Under the pieces are notes generated by a model. It was not told the DNA's origin. It ran no database searches and saw only the letters and a list, made by a program, of their open reading frames with translations. The position numbers were made by a program, and so were the translations under genes. Positions 27,054 to 37,602 of a stretch of 64,000 nt of DNA are shown here, piece after piece; within the stretch, counting starts at the first letter, position 1; each line of letters starts with the position of its first letter. This DNA comes from an uncultured Clostridia bacterium (lineage in GTDB: Bacteria; Bacillota; Clostridia; TANB77; CAG-465), in the NCBI GenBank assembly GCA_944388585.1, contig CALXJI010000005.1:96012-160011 (forward strand). The letters run 5' to 3'.

Positions 27054-27461
27054 TTATTTCTCATCAAAATCAAAAGGCACACTTAAAAAAAATTTTACTT
27101 TTTGATTTATCTCTAATCCATCAATATAACATATTATATCTATATCTTTACACATATCCACAATATACTGTAAACACACTCCACAAGGAATAAGTGTTTT
27201 ATCAAATTCTTTACTATCTTTACTTTTACCTACAACTGCAATTGCAATAAAATCTTTATCACCATGAGATATAGCGTTTTGTATAGCATTTCTTTCAGCA
27301 CAAACTGACAAATTTGGAATTTTAGTGTCTTCTACATTAACTCCAATATAAACAGTTCCACTTTTAGCAAGTAATGCAGCACCAACCATATATCCAGTAG
27401 TAGGTGAATATGCATTTTTGCATGCATTTTTTGCAATATTTATTAAATCTTCTTGTTTCAT
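27054..27461 (-). CDS. cdd: Cytidine deaminase
   Basis: CAERNAIQNAI and PCGVCLQYI zinc-binding motifs. Confidence 0.85.
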   Translation of the reverse strand: MKQEDLINIAKNACKNAYSPTTGYMVGAALLAKSGTVYIGVNVEDTKIPNLSVCAERNAIQNAISHGDKDFIAIAVVGKSKDSKEFDKTLIPCGVCLQYIVDMCKDIDIICYIDGLEINQKVKFFLSVPFDFDEK

Positions 27462-27462
27462 A

Positions 27463-28257
27463 TTAGTTCCTCCATATATTTATATAATTTATTATATCAG
27501 GTCCTATTAATACTATTTGATAAACTATTAAGACTAATATAATACCTAAAAGCGCACTATAAACCATATTTATTTTTCTAGCTTTAGTATTTGATACTTT
27601 CATTCCAAATATCATAAAACTTAAAATTGCACATATAGCAGCGACAATAAAACTTTTTGTTATTATACATGCATATGTACTAAGTCCAAAAGCTAAAGCT
27701 ATCTTAAGACTAGGACCAGTATGTGCATAGTCATTTCCTTTTCCTAAAAGCCCCTTTAATATTACTACTAATATTGCGATCATAAACACTATAGTAAGTA
27801 ATATATGTGTTCTTGAAGCAAAAATAGAAGAAATAAGTGCTGTAGTTGCATTTGTAAGCTTGTCTGCAAATAAAAAATATGCAACTATTACAGATATAGT
27901 AGATGATATTAATACACCACCAGCAGCAATATCTTTAGCAGCTTTTGCTCTATCATCATATTTATCCGTAACTAAATCAACTATATATTCAGCAACAGAA
28001 TTCATCATTTCAGAAAAAATAACAAAACCTATTGTCAAACATAAGCACACAAATTCTACTTTATTAAATCCAAGTACGATACTTGCAAGGAGCACACATA
28101 TTGCTATAAAATAGTCGATTCTTAAATTTCTTTCTGTTTTAAAAGCTCGTATTATACCATCTATGGAATGCCCTAAAGCTGTAGCAAAATTTTTATTTTT
28201 TACATTCTTTAGCTTTTCTAAATTTTTTTCTTTTTCTTGTTGGTTATTATTATCCAT
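27463..28257 (-). CDS. dgkA: Diacylglycerol/undecaprenol kinase DgkA domain fused to an extra C-terminal polytopic membrane domain
   Basis: N-terminal ~120 aa is DgkA-like (ALGHSIDGIIRAF...). About 140 additional hydrophobic residues follow. Sits between ybeY and cdd as in Bacillus. Confidence 0.65.
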   Translation of the reverse strand: MDNNNQQEKEKNLEKLKNVKNKNFATALGHSIDGIIRAFKTERNLRIDYFIAICVLLASIVLGFNKVEFVCLCLTIGFVIFSEMMNSVAEYIVDLVTDKYDDRAKAAKDIAAGGVLISSTISVIVAYFLFADKLTNATTALISSIFASRTHILLTIVFMIAILVVILKGLLGKGNDYAHTGPSLKIALAFGLSTYACIITKSFIVAAICAILSFMIFGMKVSNTKARKINMVYSALLGIILVLIVYQIVLIGPDIINYINIWRN

Positions 28258-28762
28258 CTATTCTTCCAACTCCTATTTTCTCTAGAATTTTCTCTTCTAA
28301 AGATCTCATTTGTTCTTTTTCCTGTTTAATTTCATGATCATATCCCAACAAATGACATACGCCATGTGTTATCATATAAAGCATCTCTCTTAATATACCA
28401 GTATTATATTCTTGAGCATGCTCTTGCAAAATATCTATGCAAAGAATTATATCTCCAAGTTCCATTTCTTTTACCTTTTTATCTTCATCTAAGTTACAAA
28501 AATTATTTATTTCTTCTCTTGAAAAAATTGGAAAAGATAATACATCTGTAGGTCTATCTACATTTCTATACTCCTTATTAATTTTATGTATTTCTTCTTT
28601 ACTTACGGCACTTATAGATATAGAAACATTTTCATCTTTTATTTTTTTTTCATCTAAAGCAATACTAACAATAACTTCTATATCTTTTGTTATATCCTTT
28701 TTACACTTTTCTTTTATGTATCTTACAAGCTCTTCATCTAAATCTACATTTATTTTATTCAT
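28250..28762 (-). CDS. ybeY: Endoribonuclease YbeY (rRNA maturation factor)
   Basis: HGVCHLLGYDH metal-binding motif. Confidence 0.85.
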   Translation of the reverse strand: MNKINVDLDEELVRYIKEKCKKDITKDIEVIVSIALDEKKIKDENVSISISAVSKEEIHKINKEYRNVDRPTDVLSFPIFSREEINNFCNLDEDKKVKEMELGDIILCIDILQEHAQEYNTGILREMLYMITHGVCHLLGYDHEIKQEKEQMRSLEEKILEKIGVGRIDG

Positions 28763-28763
28763 C

Positions 28764-29948
28764 TTAAGTCCTTTCTCTAAAATATCCTACTTCTTCTAAT
28801 ATATTTATTTCAAATTTAATATTTATTTTATTATTATCCTCTTGTTCAATTACAAGATTCTTATCTAGCAGTTCACCATTTTTAGTATTAGGAAGAATCT
28901 CATCTTTTATATAATTTTCACAATCTATGTTTGCTCTTTCTAATATTTGATCTTTAGTCAACAATTTATCTTTTAAATTATATATATCAAATCTATATAA
29001 AATAAAAGATATATTGTTTCCAAATAAATTTATATCTTTACTATTTTTTATTATATCATAATTTAATGATTTATCCAAATAGTTTATATAATTTTCTTTA
29101 TCATTTATGCCTATTCCTATACTATATTTACTTTTTCCAGTATATTCCTTTTCTTGTACATTATAATAGTATTGATTTTTATATTCATACTGTGTCTTTA
29201 ACATTACTGTTCCTTTTGCTGTTACATCTTTAGTTTCTAAAAATTCACTATATATTTTTCCTTCTATAAGAATTCGTCCTTCTTCAACATATTCTCCTAC
29301 ATTTAAAATTGATGTTCCATTTTCAACAGTAATTTTTTCTATTATTCCACTTTTATTTGCTATTATATCTCCTATTGAATTTTCATTTATTGCTGAATCT
29401 GGAAGTTTTGTTTTTTCAACTATCTTTACATGAGCATGTGTACCGTCTATTTCAATACCTGCCCAAGCTATATCTGATAAATTTACTCTTAATGAATTTA
29501 TTATCTTTTTTGTCTTAATTCCTATTTTATTTTTTCCTACATATAAACCAGACTCTTTTAAAGCATCATATATTTTCTCTTGACTAATATATGTATTGCC
29601 ACTTATATCAATGTCCCATATGAATGTAGTTGAAACAATACTTATTAATATAAACACTAGAATAAGTAAAAAAGCAAGCCTTCTTTTTCTATATTTAAAA
29701 AATTTAAAATATAATCCTTTTTTAGATATTATTTTAATATTGCATTTTGTTTTTCTAGCAATAACTTTTAATTTTTTAAAATCTTTTAATGCAATATTAA
29801 ATCTAACAATACCATTAACTATATTTTTAATATTCCATATTTTTATATTATTTATTTTACACAAATTTATAAATCTTTCTGTAAAAAAACCTTGTATTTC
29901 CACTTCAACTGTTCCATTTATTCTTTTTATACCATCTTCTAGTTCCAT
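28764..29948 (-). CDS. yqfD: Sporulation protein YqfD (stage IV)
   Basis: YqfD-family architecture (N-terminal domain, TM helix, C-terminal domain) and synteny with yqfC-ybeY. Confidence 0.8.
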   Translation of the reverse strand: MELEDGIKRINGTVEVEIQGFFTERFINLCKINNIKIWNIKNIVNGIVRFNIALKDFKKLKVIARKTKCNIKIISKKGLYFKFFKYRKRRLAFLLILVFILISIVSTTFIWDIDISGNTYISQEKIYDALKESGLYVGKNKIGIKTKKIINSLRVNLSDIAWAGIEIDGTHAHVKIVEKTKLPDSAINENSIGDIIANKSGIIEKITVENGTSILNVGEYVEEGRILIEGKIYSEFLETKDVTAKGTVMLKTQYEYKNQYYYNVQEKEYTGKSKYSIGIGINDKENYINYLDKSLNYDIIKNSKDINLFGNNISFILYRFDIYNLKDKLLTKDQILERANIDCENYIKDEILPNTKNGELLDKNLVIEQEDNNKINIKFEINILEEVGYFRERT

Positions 29949-29955
29949 AATCCCC

Positions 29956-30285
29956 CTATCTACTTATATATCCTATGTTAGTAATATTTCCTGATATAAG
30001 TAACTCATTATCATTTATTTCATTTATATTTAAATTTCTACCATCTATAATTATATAAATATTCTTAGTTTGAACTTTTATATAATTATCATAATAATCT
30101 ACAATATTATTACTTCCTTCTATTAATATTTCTGTATTTTCTATCATCGTAATTTTTGCATAATCATAAACTAATTCATCTGGAAGGTTTAATTTTTCTA
30201 AGAATTTCTCTTTAGCAACTGAAACTTTATTTTTAAAATTAATTTTTTTTAGCAGTTTTTTTCCTTCTTTTCTATCTATTCCCAA
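29956..30285 (-). CDS. yqfC: Sporulation protein YqfC
   Basis: Small YqfC-family protein immediately upstream of yqfD. Confidence 0.75.
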   Translation of the reverse strand: MGIDRKEGKKLLKKINFKNKVSVAKEKFLEKLNLPDELVYDYAKITMIENTEILIEGSNNIVDYYDNYIKVQTKNIYIIIDGRNLNINEINDNELLISGNITNIGYISR

Positions 30286-30451
30286 AAAATATCACTCCCT
30301 TTTTAATTATATTTTATTATTATAATTTTATTCTAAAGTTATATATATATGATTATTTTTTATGTTATACATTATACTTAAATAATTGGAAAATATTGAC
30401 AAATTTTCAAAAATGTAGTACTATAATACTATTGATTTTTGGAGGTTAACA

Positions 30452-31126
30452 ATGTTAAAAATTGCACTTTGTGATGATAATTTAGATTCAATCCAATTAG
30501 TAAAAAAATTAATTGAATCACAATTAATAGAACAGAATGTTAATGCAGAAATTAGTATTGTAACAGATGATCAAGAAAAAATTGAAGAGCTAATTAAAAA
30601 TAAAAAAATAGATATTCTAATATTAGATGTAGAATTTAAAAACAATGCTTTAAACGGCATAGAATTTGCAAAAAAGCTAAGAAAATTTAATAAAGAATTC
30701 TATTTAATATTTTTATCTGCACACCAAAGATTTTTATATCCAGCTCTTGTTACTAAAATATTTGATTATTTAATAAAGCCTGTTAATATAGATACTATAA
30801 GTGATCTTGTTTCAAGAATAAAAGAAGAGTTTTCAGATGATAATAGTATATTTATAAAAATAAATAAATGGTATTCTATTAAATCTGATGAAATAATATA
30901 TATGGAAAAAAGTATTAATAAAACTAATATTATTACAACTAAAGGTGTAGTTTCATGTACAAAAACACTTGAAAAAATGCAAGAGTCATTACCTAAAAAT
31001 TTTATACGCTGCCATAGATCATTTATAGTAAATAAAAATAAAATAATTTCCATAGATAAAAAGAAAAAACAACTATATCTAGGAAATGATATATACTGTC
31101 CTATAAATGATAAATTTAATATATAA
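30452..31126 (+). CDS. LytTR-family response regulator (receiver + LytTR DNA-binding domain), no adjacent histidine kinase
   Basis: ILILDVEF phospho-acceptor Asp; LytTR C-terminus CHRSFIVNKNKI. Confidence 0.8.
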   Translation: MLKIALCDDNLDSIQLVKKLIESQLIEQNVNAEISIVTDDQEKIEELIKNKKIDILILDVEFKNNALNGIEFAKKLRKFNKEFYLIFLSAHQRFLYPALVTKIFDYLIKPVNIDTISDLVSRIKEEFSDDNSIFIKINKWYSIKSDEIIYMEKSINKTNIITTKGVVSCTKTLEKMQESLPKNFIRCHRSFIVNKNKIISIDKKKKQLYLGNDIYCPINDKFNI

Positions 31127-31133
31127 TATAAAA

Positions 31134-31162
31134 AAAGCTTGAAATTAATCAAGCTTTTTTAA
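31134..31162. terminator. Bidirectional terminator
   Basis: aagcttga-aattaa-tcaagctt followed by tttttt. Confidence 0.65.
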
Positions 31163-31671
31163 AATATTATAACTTCATTAGTCATACCTTTTTTATTTTT
31201 TGTATTTAAAAAGCGACCTTTTGTTCCTCTTGGCATATCTTCAAAAGAATTATACTTTACTACTTCAAATTTATAGTCTATTAATTTAGGTTTGTTGTCT
31301 ATTAATACCAATTCTTTCATTAAAATTTTTTGGTCTTTAATATAACTAATAGGTTTATTATATAAAGCTATTATAGTTGACGGTGTGCTTGTTATACATC
31401 TTGGTACTATAAATTCATTTTCAACAGTCATTATGCATCTTGCACCAATATTTTTTTCTAATTTTTCATAAGCAAATGCCTTTATTACCTCTTCTTTTCC
31501 TAACCATACGTTATACCCAAAATGATGAATCCTTCTTATAGTCAAAAATTTTTCAAAAGTTCCTAAATAATTTTCTTTTACCACTACACATAGCTTAGCG
31601 GTATTCCATAATATACTATCATCTCCTCCATAATAGTAATCAATAATATGCGGTAAAATCATACGCAACAC
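31159..31671 (-). CDS. Hypothetical protein (170 aa)
   Basis: ORF with RBS; no recognisable motif. Confidence 0.5.
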   Translation of the reverse strand: MLRMILPHIIDYYYGGDDSILWNTAKLCVVVKENYLGTFEKFLTIRRIHHFGYNVWLGKEEVIKAFAYEKLEKNIGARCIMTVENEFIVPRCITSTPSTIIALYNKPISYIKDQKILMKELVLIDNKPKLIDYKFEVVKYNSFEDMPRGTKGRFLNTKNKKGMTNEVIIF

Positions 31672-31799
31672 CCTCCTTTTTTATTAAAAAAATTTTTTTA
31701 TTAAAACGATGATGACATTATAGCACTTTTTGCCGAAAAAGTCAAATTATGTAAACGCAAAAATAGCTTAGAAAACTTTCTAAGCTATTTTTTAGTTAA

Positions 31800-33413
31800 T
31801 TATTGTTGTTTTTGAAGAATTTGTTTGCCGTCAAATCCATAAAATCCTGTTGTAAGTTCTACTACACTTACTGTCTCATCCCTATTAATATATTCTGATA
31901 ATGGATATGCATATGTTTGCTTTCCACTTTTAACACTATATACATTTACATTATCACCATCTTGTATACCTATATACTTTTCATTATAAAATACTTTTGT
32001 GCCATTAACTTTATCTAATTTTATATTTCCTTCGAAATCAACAACGGAAACCTTTAAATTCTTAGTATCTTCAATAGTTAGATAATAATCATTTGCTAAT
32101 ACATTATCTTCTGTTCCTAAAGCTATTAATTGCTCATTTCCTAAAACTAGACTTCTTGCTAAGTTTCCAGATTCGTCATATTTACCTATTAATAACCCTG
32201 ATCCTTTTTGTGTATATTCATTTACATCAGTAATTATTTGTTTTCCATTAAAGTTAAATACTTCATATTTATTTGTATCTTCAATTGAATTTAAAACTAG
32301 AAATTGTAAATTATTTGTACTAGCACCATTAAATTCATATCCTTCTATAACTTTTTCTTTTTTATTTTCATTTATTATTTTTACCCCATTATTTTCATTT
32401 ATTATAAAATAAACATTTCCTTCAATATCTTGAACAGGGTTAATCTTTGATTCACTTTCTAAAATTTGCTTAAAATCTGAATCATAAACAGTATATTTAT
32501 ATTCTCTTGTTCCTGATGTAACATTTTTTTGCTCTAATACAACATACTTTTTAAAGTATACTCTTACGTCAGCAGAATAATCAGCTGAAGTATCAATTTC
32601 TGTTTTTAATTTTGTATTTTTATCATAAAAGCTTATTTTTCCTTCTTCTTTTAGTATATTATATGAAAAGTTAACATCTTGCTTATCTGCAAACAGCTCT
32701 TCTCCAGTTACTAAATTAAAATATCTTTTTACTCCATCTACAGATATATATATTACTGTGTCATACTCACTATTAAATTTATTTGAATAAGATATACTAT
32801 GTAATGCACTCTCAGTCTCCATTATTGTTTTTCCTTGTTCATTTATAAAATAATATTTATTTTCTTTTTGACACTCAAATACTACTTCTGTTGCTTCTTG
32901 AACAGTTGTTATAGAAATATAGTCATATTCTGGATTTATTATTATTTTACCATCATAATTTATAACACCATACTTTCCATCCTTTTCTACTTTGTAGTAT
33001 TTTCCTCCAACAACTTGGACATAGCTATCATATTCTCCAAAATTAACTATACTTTTATTGTTTTTATTTATTAATGCCATTTGTGTAACAGTATTATCTT
33101 CTTCACTTAATTTTGATACACATGTAACATCATAATAAAAATCATCCATTGAAGTATAACCCTCATATGTTTTTGTGTTTCCATCTAAATCAACAAAAGT
33201 ATATGTATTATCTGTTACATTAATTAATTTTTGGTATCCTATTAATTCATTTTCATTACCATTTGATTTGAAACAATTTCTAACAATTAATACTATAGCA
33301 ACAATTACTACTATTAAAATAAATAACCTAACTATTGGTCTTCTTAATATCTTTTTTAGAGTAATGTTACTTTTTTTATCTGTATTATTTTTTGAAGTTC
33401 CATTTCTATCCAT
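31800..33413 (-). CDS. Membrane-anchored WG-repeat (KxYGxI..DGK.II.P.YD.I) protein
   Basis: N-terminal TM helix; repeated GKYGVINYDGKIIINPEYDYI-type units. Confidence 0.6.
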   Translation of the reverse strand: MDRNGTSKNNTDKKSNITLKKILRRPIVRLFILIVVIVAIVLIVRNCFKSNGNENELIGYQKLINVTDNTYTFVDLDGNTKTYEGYTSMDDFYYDVTCVSKLSEEDNTVTQMALINKNNKSIVNFGEYDSYVQVVGGKYYKVEKDGKYGVINYDGKIIINPEYDYISITTVQEATEVVFECQKENKYYFINEQGKTIMETESALHSISYSNKFNSEYDTVIYISVDGVKRYFNLVTGEELFADKQDVNFSYNILKEEGKISFYDKNTKLKTEIDTSADYSADVRVYFKKYVVLEQKNVTSGTREYKYTVYDSDFKQILESESKINPVQDIEGNVYFIINENNGVKIINENKKEKVIEGYEFNGASTNNLQFLVLNSIEDTNKYEVFNFNGKQIITDVNEYTQKGSGLLIGKYDESGNLARSLVLGNEQLIALGTEDNVLANDYYLTIEDTKNLKVSVVDFEGNIKLDKVNGTKVFYNEKYIGIQDGDNVNVYSVKSGKQTYAYPLSEYINRDETVSVVELTTGFYGFDGKQILQKQQ

Positions 33414-33503
33414 TTTCTACCTCTTTTCTATTATAAATTACATGTATATCGTACACTATTTTCTATATTTTGTCAATATTTTTCAATTATACACATATTA
33501 TAT

Positions 33504-34112
33504 TTAAATTTGTACTTTTATTCCATATAAATCATATCTATATACTAAAAAGCTTCTACTAATTTCATTTTCTATTTTAAATGTTATATTTCTAGTAATA
33601 CTTTCATCTTTTTTTAATTTTAAAGATATAAAATCATCATTATACTGTGGAAAATATGTTTTATTATTCTCCTCATCATATATAAAGAAGTCATAAGTTG
33701 ATAAACTTACATTATCCTCTAAAGCTTTAAAAGTAATATTTGCTATATAATTATTTTCTTTACTTATACTATTTATTTTAACTTCTAGTACATTATTTAT
33801 ATTTATATTATCTCCCATACTAAAACAATCATAAGTATCTATAACACTATTGCTAAACATATTCTTATTATTTGTATTATCATTATAACTAAAATATGTA
33901 TATACTCCTATAATAGTAGACACTATTATAGCTACTATAGACACAACAACAGAAATAATATATATTTCACCTTTTTTAAAGTTATTTTTATTTTTTAAGT
34001 TATATTTACTTAAAATTATAGTAATAATTGCTAAGATTATAGAAATAATAAAACCAAAATATGGTATAAAAGATGAAATAAAAGAAAGTATCGCTAAGAT
34101 AAATTCTATCAT
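33504..34112 (-). CDS. Membrane hypothetical protein (two N-terminal TM helices plus a beta-rich domain)
   Basis: Hydrophobic N-terminus followed by a soluble domain. Confidence 0.5.
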   Translation of the reverse strand: MIEFILAILSFISSFIPYFGFIISIILAIITIILSKYNLKNKNNFKKGEIYIISVVVSIVAIIVSTIIGVYTYFSYNDNTNNKNMFSNSVIDTYDCFSMGDNININNVLEVKINSISKENNYIANITFKALEDNVSLSTYDFFIYDEENNKTYFPQYNDDFISLKLKKDESITRNITFKIENEISRSFLVYRYDLYGIKVQI

Positions 34113-34133
34113 ACACTTCCTCCTAAACTTATT

Positions 34134-34454
34134 TTATACTTTATAATCACAAAACTCATTTAAATTATCTAGCATCCATACTATTTGTTGCTTTATTGTA
34201 AATTTCTCTGAATAAAGAATATACTTCATATCAGATATTTCTTTAGAAAACAAAACATTATACTTTTCTTCAATCTTTATAATATAATCATAAAAATACA
34301 AATTTTTATCTATTTTTACCTTTTTATATTTTAGCATCTTTCTAAATAATCTCTTATATTGATCTTCCATTATTTCTAAAGCCTTTTGATAATTTTTATT
34401 TTTTGTTGAATTTTGTATTTTTCTTTCAATTCTTTTTATATTCATACATATCAC
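34134..34454 (-). CDS. Hypothetical protein (106 aa)
   Basis: ORF only. Confidence 0.4.
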   Translation of the reverse strand: MICMNIKRIERKIQNSTKNKNYQKALEIMEDQYKRLFRKMLKYKKVKIDKNLYFYDYIIKIEEKYNVLFSKEISDMKYILYSEKFTIKQQIVWMLDNLNEFCDYKV

Positions 34455-34604
34455 AAAACTAATATATCATAAATATAATATTTAATCAATAACTAAAATA
34501 ATAAAATAAATTTGTTACTTTATATTATATTATTTAACACAAAATCATTTTTCATATAATATAAAAAAAACTTCATATATTCTATATGAAGTTTTTTAAT
34601 TTAT

Positions 34605-35528
34605 TTATGCTTTTTTCTGCTTTTTCTCATTCTTATTCTTTTTATTAAATATTCTATCTAGTGAATACCATAAATTTGAAGCTATAAATATTGACGAGAA
34701 AGTTCCTTCAGTAATACCTATAACTAGAGGTATTGAGAATTGTTTTAAAGTCTCTTGATTGTATATTAAAGAAAATACAAGAACTACTCCAATTGCAGCT
34801 ATTGTTGTAAGAGAAGTCATAATTGTTCTATGCATTGTCTGATTTATACTATCATTAATAACAGCCTTTTTATCTGATGATTTTGTAATTAACTTACTAT
34901 TTTCTCTTATTCTATCATAAACTATTATAGTATCGTTTATTGAATATCCAATTATTGTCAAAATGACTGCTACAAATGTTCCATTTATAGGAAATTTAAA
35001 TATTCCATATACTGCAAATATAAATAATACATCAAATAATAAAGCAAGTACCGCAGATATTGCTGCTATATATCCTAATGTTTTAAATCTAATAGCTACA
35101 TATACTAATATTAAAATTACTGACACTACAACTGCAATTATAGCTGAATTTAATAAATCTTGTCCATAAGATGCTTGTACATTTTTTACAGTTGCCTCTC
35201 CCATATTTGTATACCTTTCTTGTAAAGCTGAAACTATATTATCTGACATTTCTTCAGATATAGTTTCAGTAGTAATACTTACAGAATTATTACCAATACT
35301 TGATGTTTGTATTTCTGGAACAAGACCTAATACTTCCTCTACAATGTTACTTACATCATTGTTTTTATACTCTTCATTTAAGTCTACTTGTATTCTTGTG
35401 CCACCTTTAAAATCTATATCAAATTTATACCCTGTAACTATTCCAAAAATTATTCCACAAATAACTATTATTAAAGAGATAGCAAATATAATGTTTTTAT
35501 GTTTTAAATAATCAAAATTAAAATTCAT
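34605..35528 (-). CDS. secF: Protein translocase subunit SecF
   Basis: SecF topology and conserved motifs; adjacent to secD. Confidence 0.85.
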   Translation of the reverse strand: MNFNFDYLKHKNIIFAISLIIVICGIIFGIVTGYKFDIDFKGGTRIQVDLNEEYKNNDVSNIVEEVLGLVPEIQTSSIGNNSVSITTETISEEMSDNIVSALQERYTNMGEATVKNVQASYGQDLLNSAIIAVVVSVILILVYVAIRFKTLGYIAAISAVLALLFDVLFIFAVYGIFKFPINGTFVAVILTIIGYSINDTIIVYDRIRENSKLITKSSDKKAVINDSINQTMHRTIMTSLTTIAAIGVVLVFSLIYNQETLKQFSIPLVIGITEGTFSSIFIASNLWYSLDRIFNKKNKNEKKQKKA

Positions 35529-35529
35529 A

Positions 35530-36825
35530 TTATTCTACCTCCTTTTTTAGTCCAAATAATCTTGTGCTCTTACCTGCTAGAGGCATAAATTGTTTTAATA
35601 TAAATTTAGTTACTACAACTGCTGTAAATAAACTTAAAATAACACCTAGTGCAAGTACTATTCCAAATCCTTTTACCATACCTGAACCTAATAAATATAA
35701 TACTAGTGCAACTATTATAGTTGTTATATTACCGTCTATAATTGTTGTCATAGCATTTTTAAAGCTTTTGTCAAAAGCTTTTTTATATGCAAGTTTTTTT
35801 GAAAGTTCTTCTTTTAATCTTTCATATATTATTACATTAGCATCAACTGCCATACCTATAGATAAAATTAAACCTGCTATTCCAGATAAAGTCATTGTAG
35901 TACCAGTATTAGCAATAATTAATAATAATAAAGATATATATATTACTAAAGCTATTGTTGAAACAATACCTGGTAATCTATATTTTATAATCATTATTAA
36001 GCAAACTAATATAAGTGCAACTGCTCCTGCTTTTACACTAACTTGTAAAGCTTGTTGGCCTACATATGGTCCTATATATTCTTTATTTACTACATTTAAA
36101 TTAAATGGTAAACTTCCTGAGTCTATAAGCATAGCATACTCTTCTGCTGTTGCTTTCTTTTCTGCATATGTTCCTTCTCCAACTGTTATAATAGCAGTTG
36201 AAGAGTCAATCTTAGAATTTACCAAAGGTGAAGCTATACATTCTTCATCTAAATATATTGGCATTTCTTTTCCAACTAATTCTTCTGTAGCTTCAGCAAA
36301 TTTTGTTGCTCCTTCTTGACTAAATGTTAAGATAACATGTGGTGTACCTATTCCTGTGCTATCCACTGCATCATCACTATATTGTGCTGACTCAATATCG
36401 TCACCTTCTAAAAGTACATTTCCATCTGAATCTCTAAATTGAATAACTGCTGTTTGATCTAATCCTTCTACAGCTGCTAAGGGATCTACTGATGTATCAC
36501 TAGTATCTGCTGGTATTTCAACATTAATTTGATTTGTATTTGTGTCAAGTCTAATAATATAATCATAGATGTTCTTAGCTTCTAATCTGTTCTGAATAAC
36601 TGCTTTAGATTTTTCTAAATCTGATTGTGTAATTTCTTCTCCATCTTCTGACTCAGCCTGATATACTATAGAAACGCCTCCACTTATATCAAGCCCAGTT
36701 TTTATATCTCTTATTCCTTTTACAATAGTTGTATCCCCAACTTTGATTCCAAATATTGCAAGATATGCTAAGAGTATCATTATAACTAAAGAAATTACTA
36801 TTTTTAAAATATTACCTTTCTTCAA
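35530..36825 (-). CDS. secD: Protein translocase subunit SecD
   Basis: SecD periplasmic domain plus 6-TM C-terminus. Confidence 0.85.
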   Translation of the reverse strand: MKKGNILKIVISLVIMILLAYLAIFGIKVGDTTIVKGIRDIKTGLDISGGVSIVYQAESEDGEEITQSDLEKSKAVIQNRLEAKNIYDYIIRLDTNTNQINVEIPADTSDTSVDPLAAVEGLDQTAVIQFRDSDGNVLLEGDDIESAQYSDDAVDSTGIGTPHVILTFSQEGATKFAEATEELVGKEMPIYLDEECIASPLVNSKIDSSTAIITVGEGTYAEKKATAEEYAMLIDSGSLPFNLNVVNKEYIGPYVGQQALQVSVKAGAVALILVCLIMIIKYRLPGIVSTIALVIYISLLLLIIANTGTTMTLSGIAGLILSIGMAVDANVIIYERLKEELSKKLAYKKAFDKSFKNAMTTIIDGNITTIIVALVLYLLGSGMVKGFGIVLALGVILSLFTAVVVTKFILKQFMPLAGKSTRLFGLKKEVE

Positions 36826-36952
36826 TTAAATCCCTCCTATAACAATAGTTATTATACTATTTTTAAATATTATAGTCAATATTGCATAATAAATGCATTA
36901 CTAAAAAATGATAAAATCCTGCTTAATTTTTATATTAAACAGGATTCTTTCA

Positions 36953-37564
36953 CTAATTATTTTCTTCCTTAACAGGATTATTATCTTCTACCACCTTATC
37001 TTTAATAGTTATATCTTTTCCTTTATATATGATCTTTTCTATCTCATCATAATGCTTTTGAGTATCTTTAATAGCATATAGTACAGTTGCACTTCCATAA
37101 GCTTTATCTGCATTGGTATATATAATTATTATACCGTAACCTATTATTCTATCAATTATTGATCTTCTAATTTCAACTTCTCTTATATTTATATAATCAA
37201 TTGTTTTTCTAGTTTGATTTAAAAAACTATTTTGCGAAATCATACAATCTTCATAAAATTTGTAGCTCATACCTTTGTATTCAAAAATTTGAAAAATAAT
37301 TCTTGCTATAAACAATATAATTGTAACAACTATTACAATTATCATCACTCCGCTACATACATTATATATTGTATTTATCATTTCATTATTAAAACCTAAA
37401 ATGTAAGATTTAACAAATAATAATATAATTTTTATAGCAATAGCTAGAATTATAGACATTAAAGCAGATCTAATTTTTCTGCCTGTTGGCATAGTAAGCT
37501 CATATATAAAATTAAAAGTAGGCTTTAATTCATACAAAACTTCTCCCTTATCTTCCATATACAT
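36953..37564 (-). CDS. Membrane protein with bacterial PH-like (YdbS/YdbT-type) domain
   Basis: Two TM helices followed by a bPH-like C-terminal segment. Confidence 0.45.
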   Translation of the reverse strand: MYMEDKGEVLYELKPTFNFIYELTMPTGRKIRSALMSIILAIAIKIILLFVKSYILGFNNEMINTIYNVCSGVMIIVIVVTIILFIARIIFQIFEYKGMSYKFYEDCMISQNSFLNQTRKTIDYINIREVEIRRSIIDRIIGYGIIIIYTNADKAYGSATVLYAIKDTQKHYDEIEKIIYKGKDITIKDKVVEDNNPVKEENN

Positions 37565-37602
37565 ACCTCCAAATATAAAAAATAATATTATTTATATTAT
37601 AA

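Noticed and set aside
30396-30427. TTGACA…TATAAT upstream of the LytTR regulator, as a consensus sigmaA promoter.
   Set aside because: The spacer is 20 bp, not 17±1, so it is not reported as a confident promoter feature.
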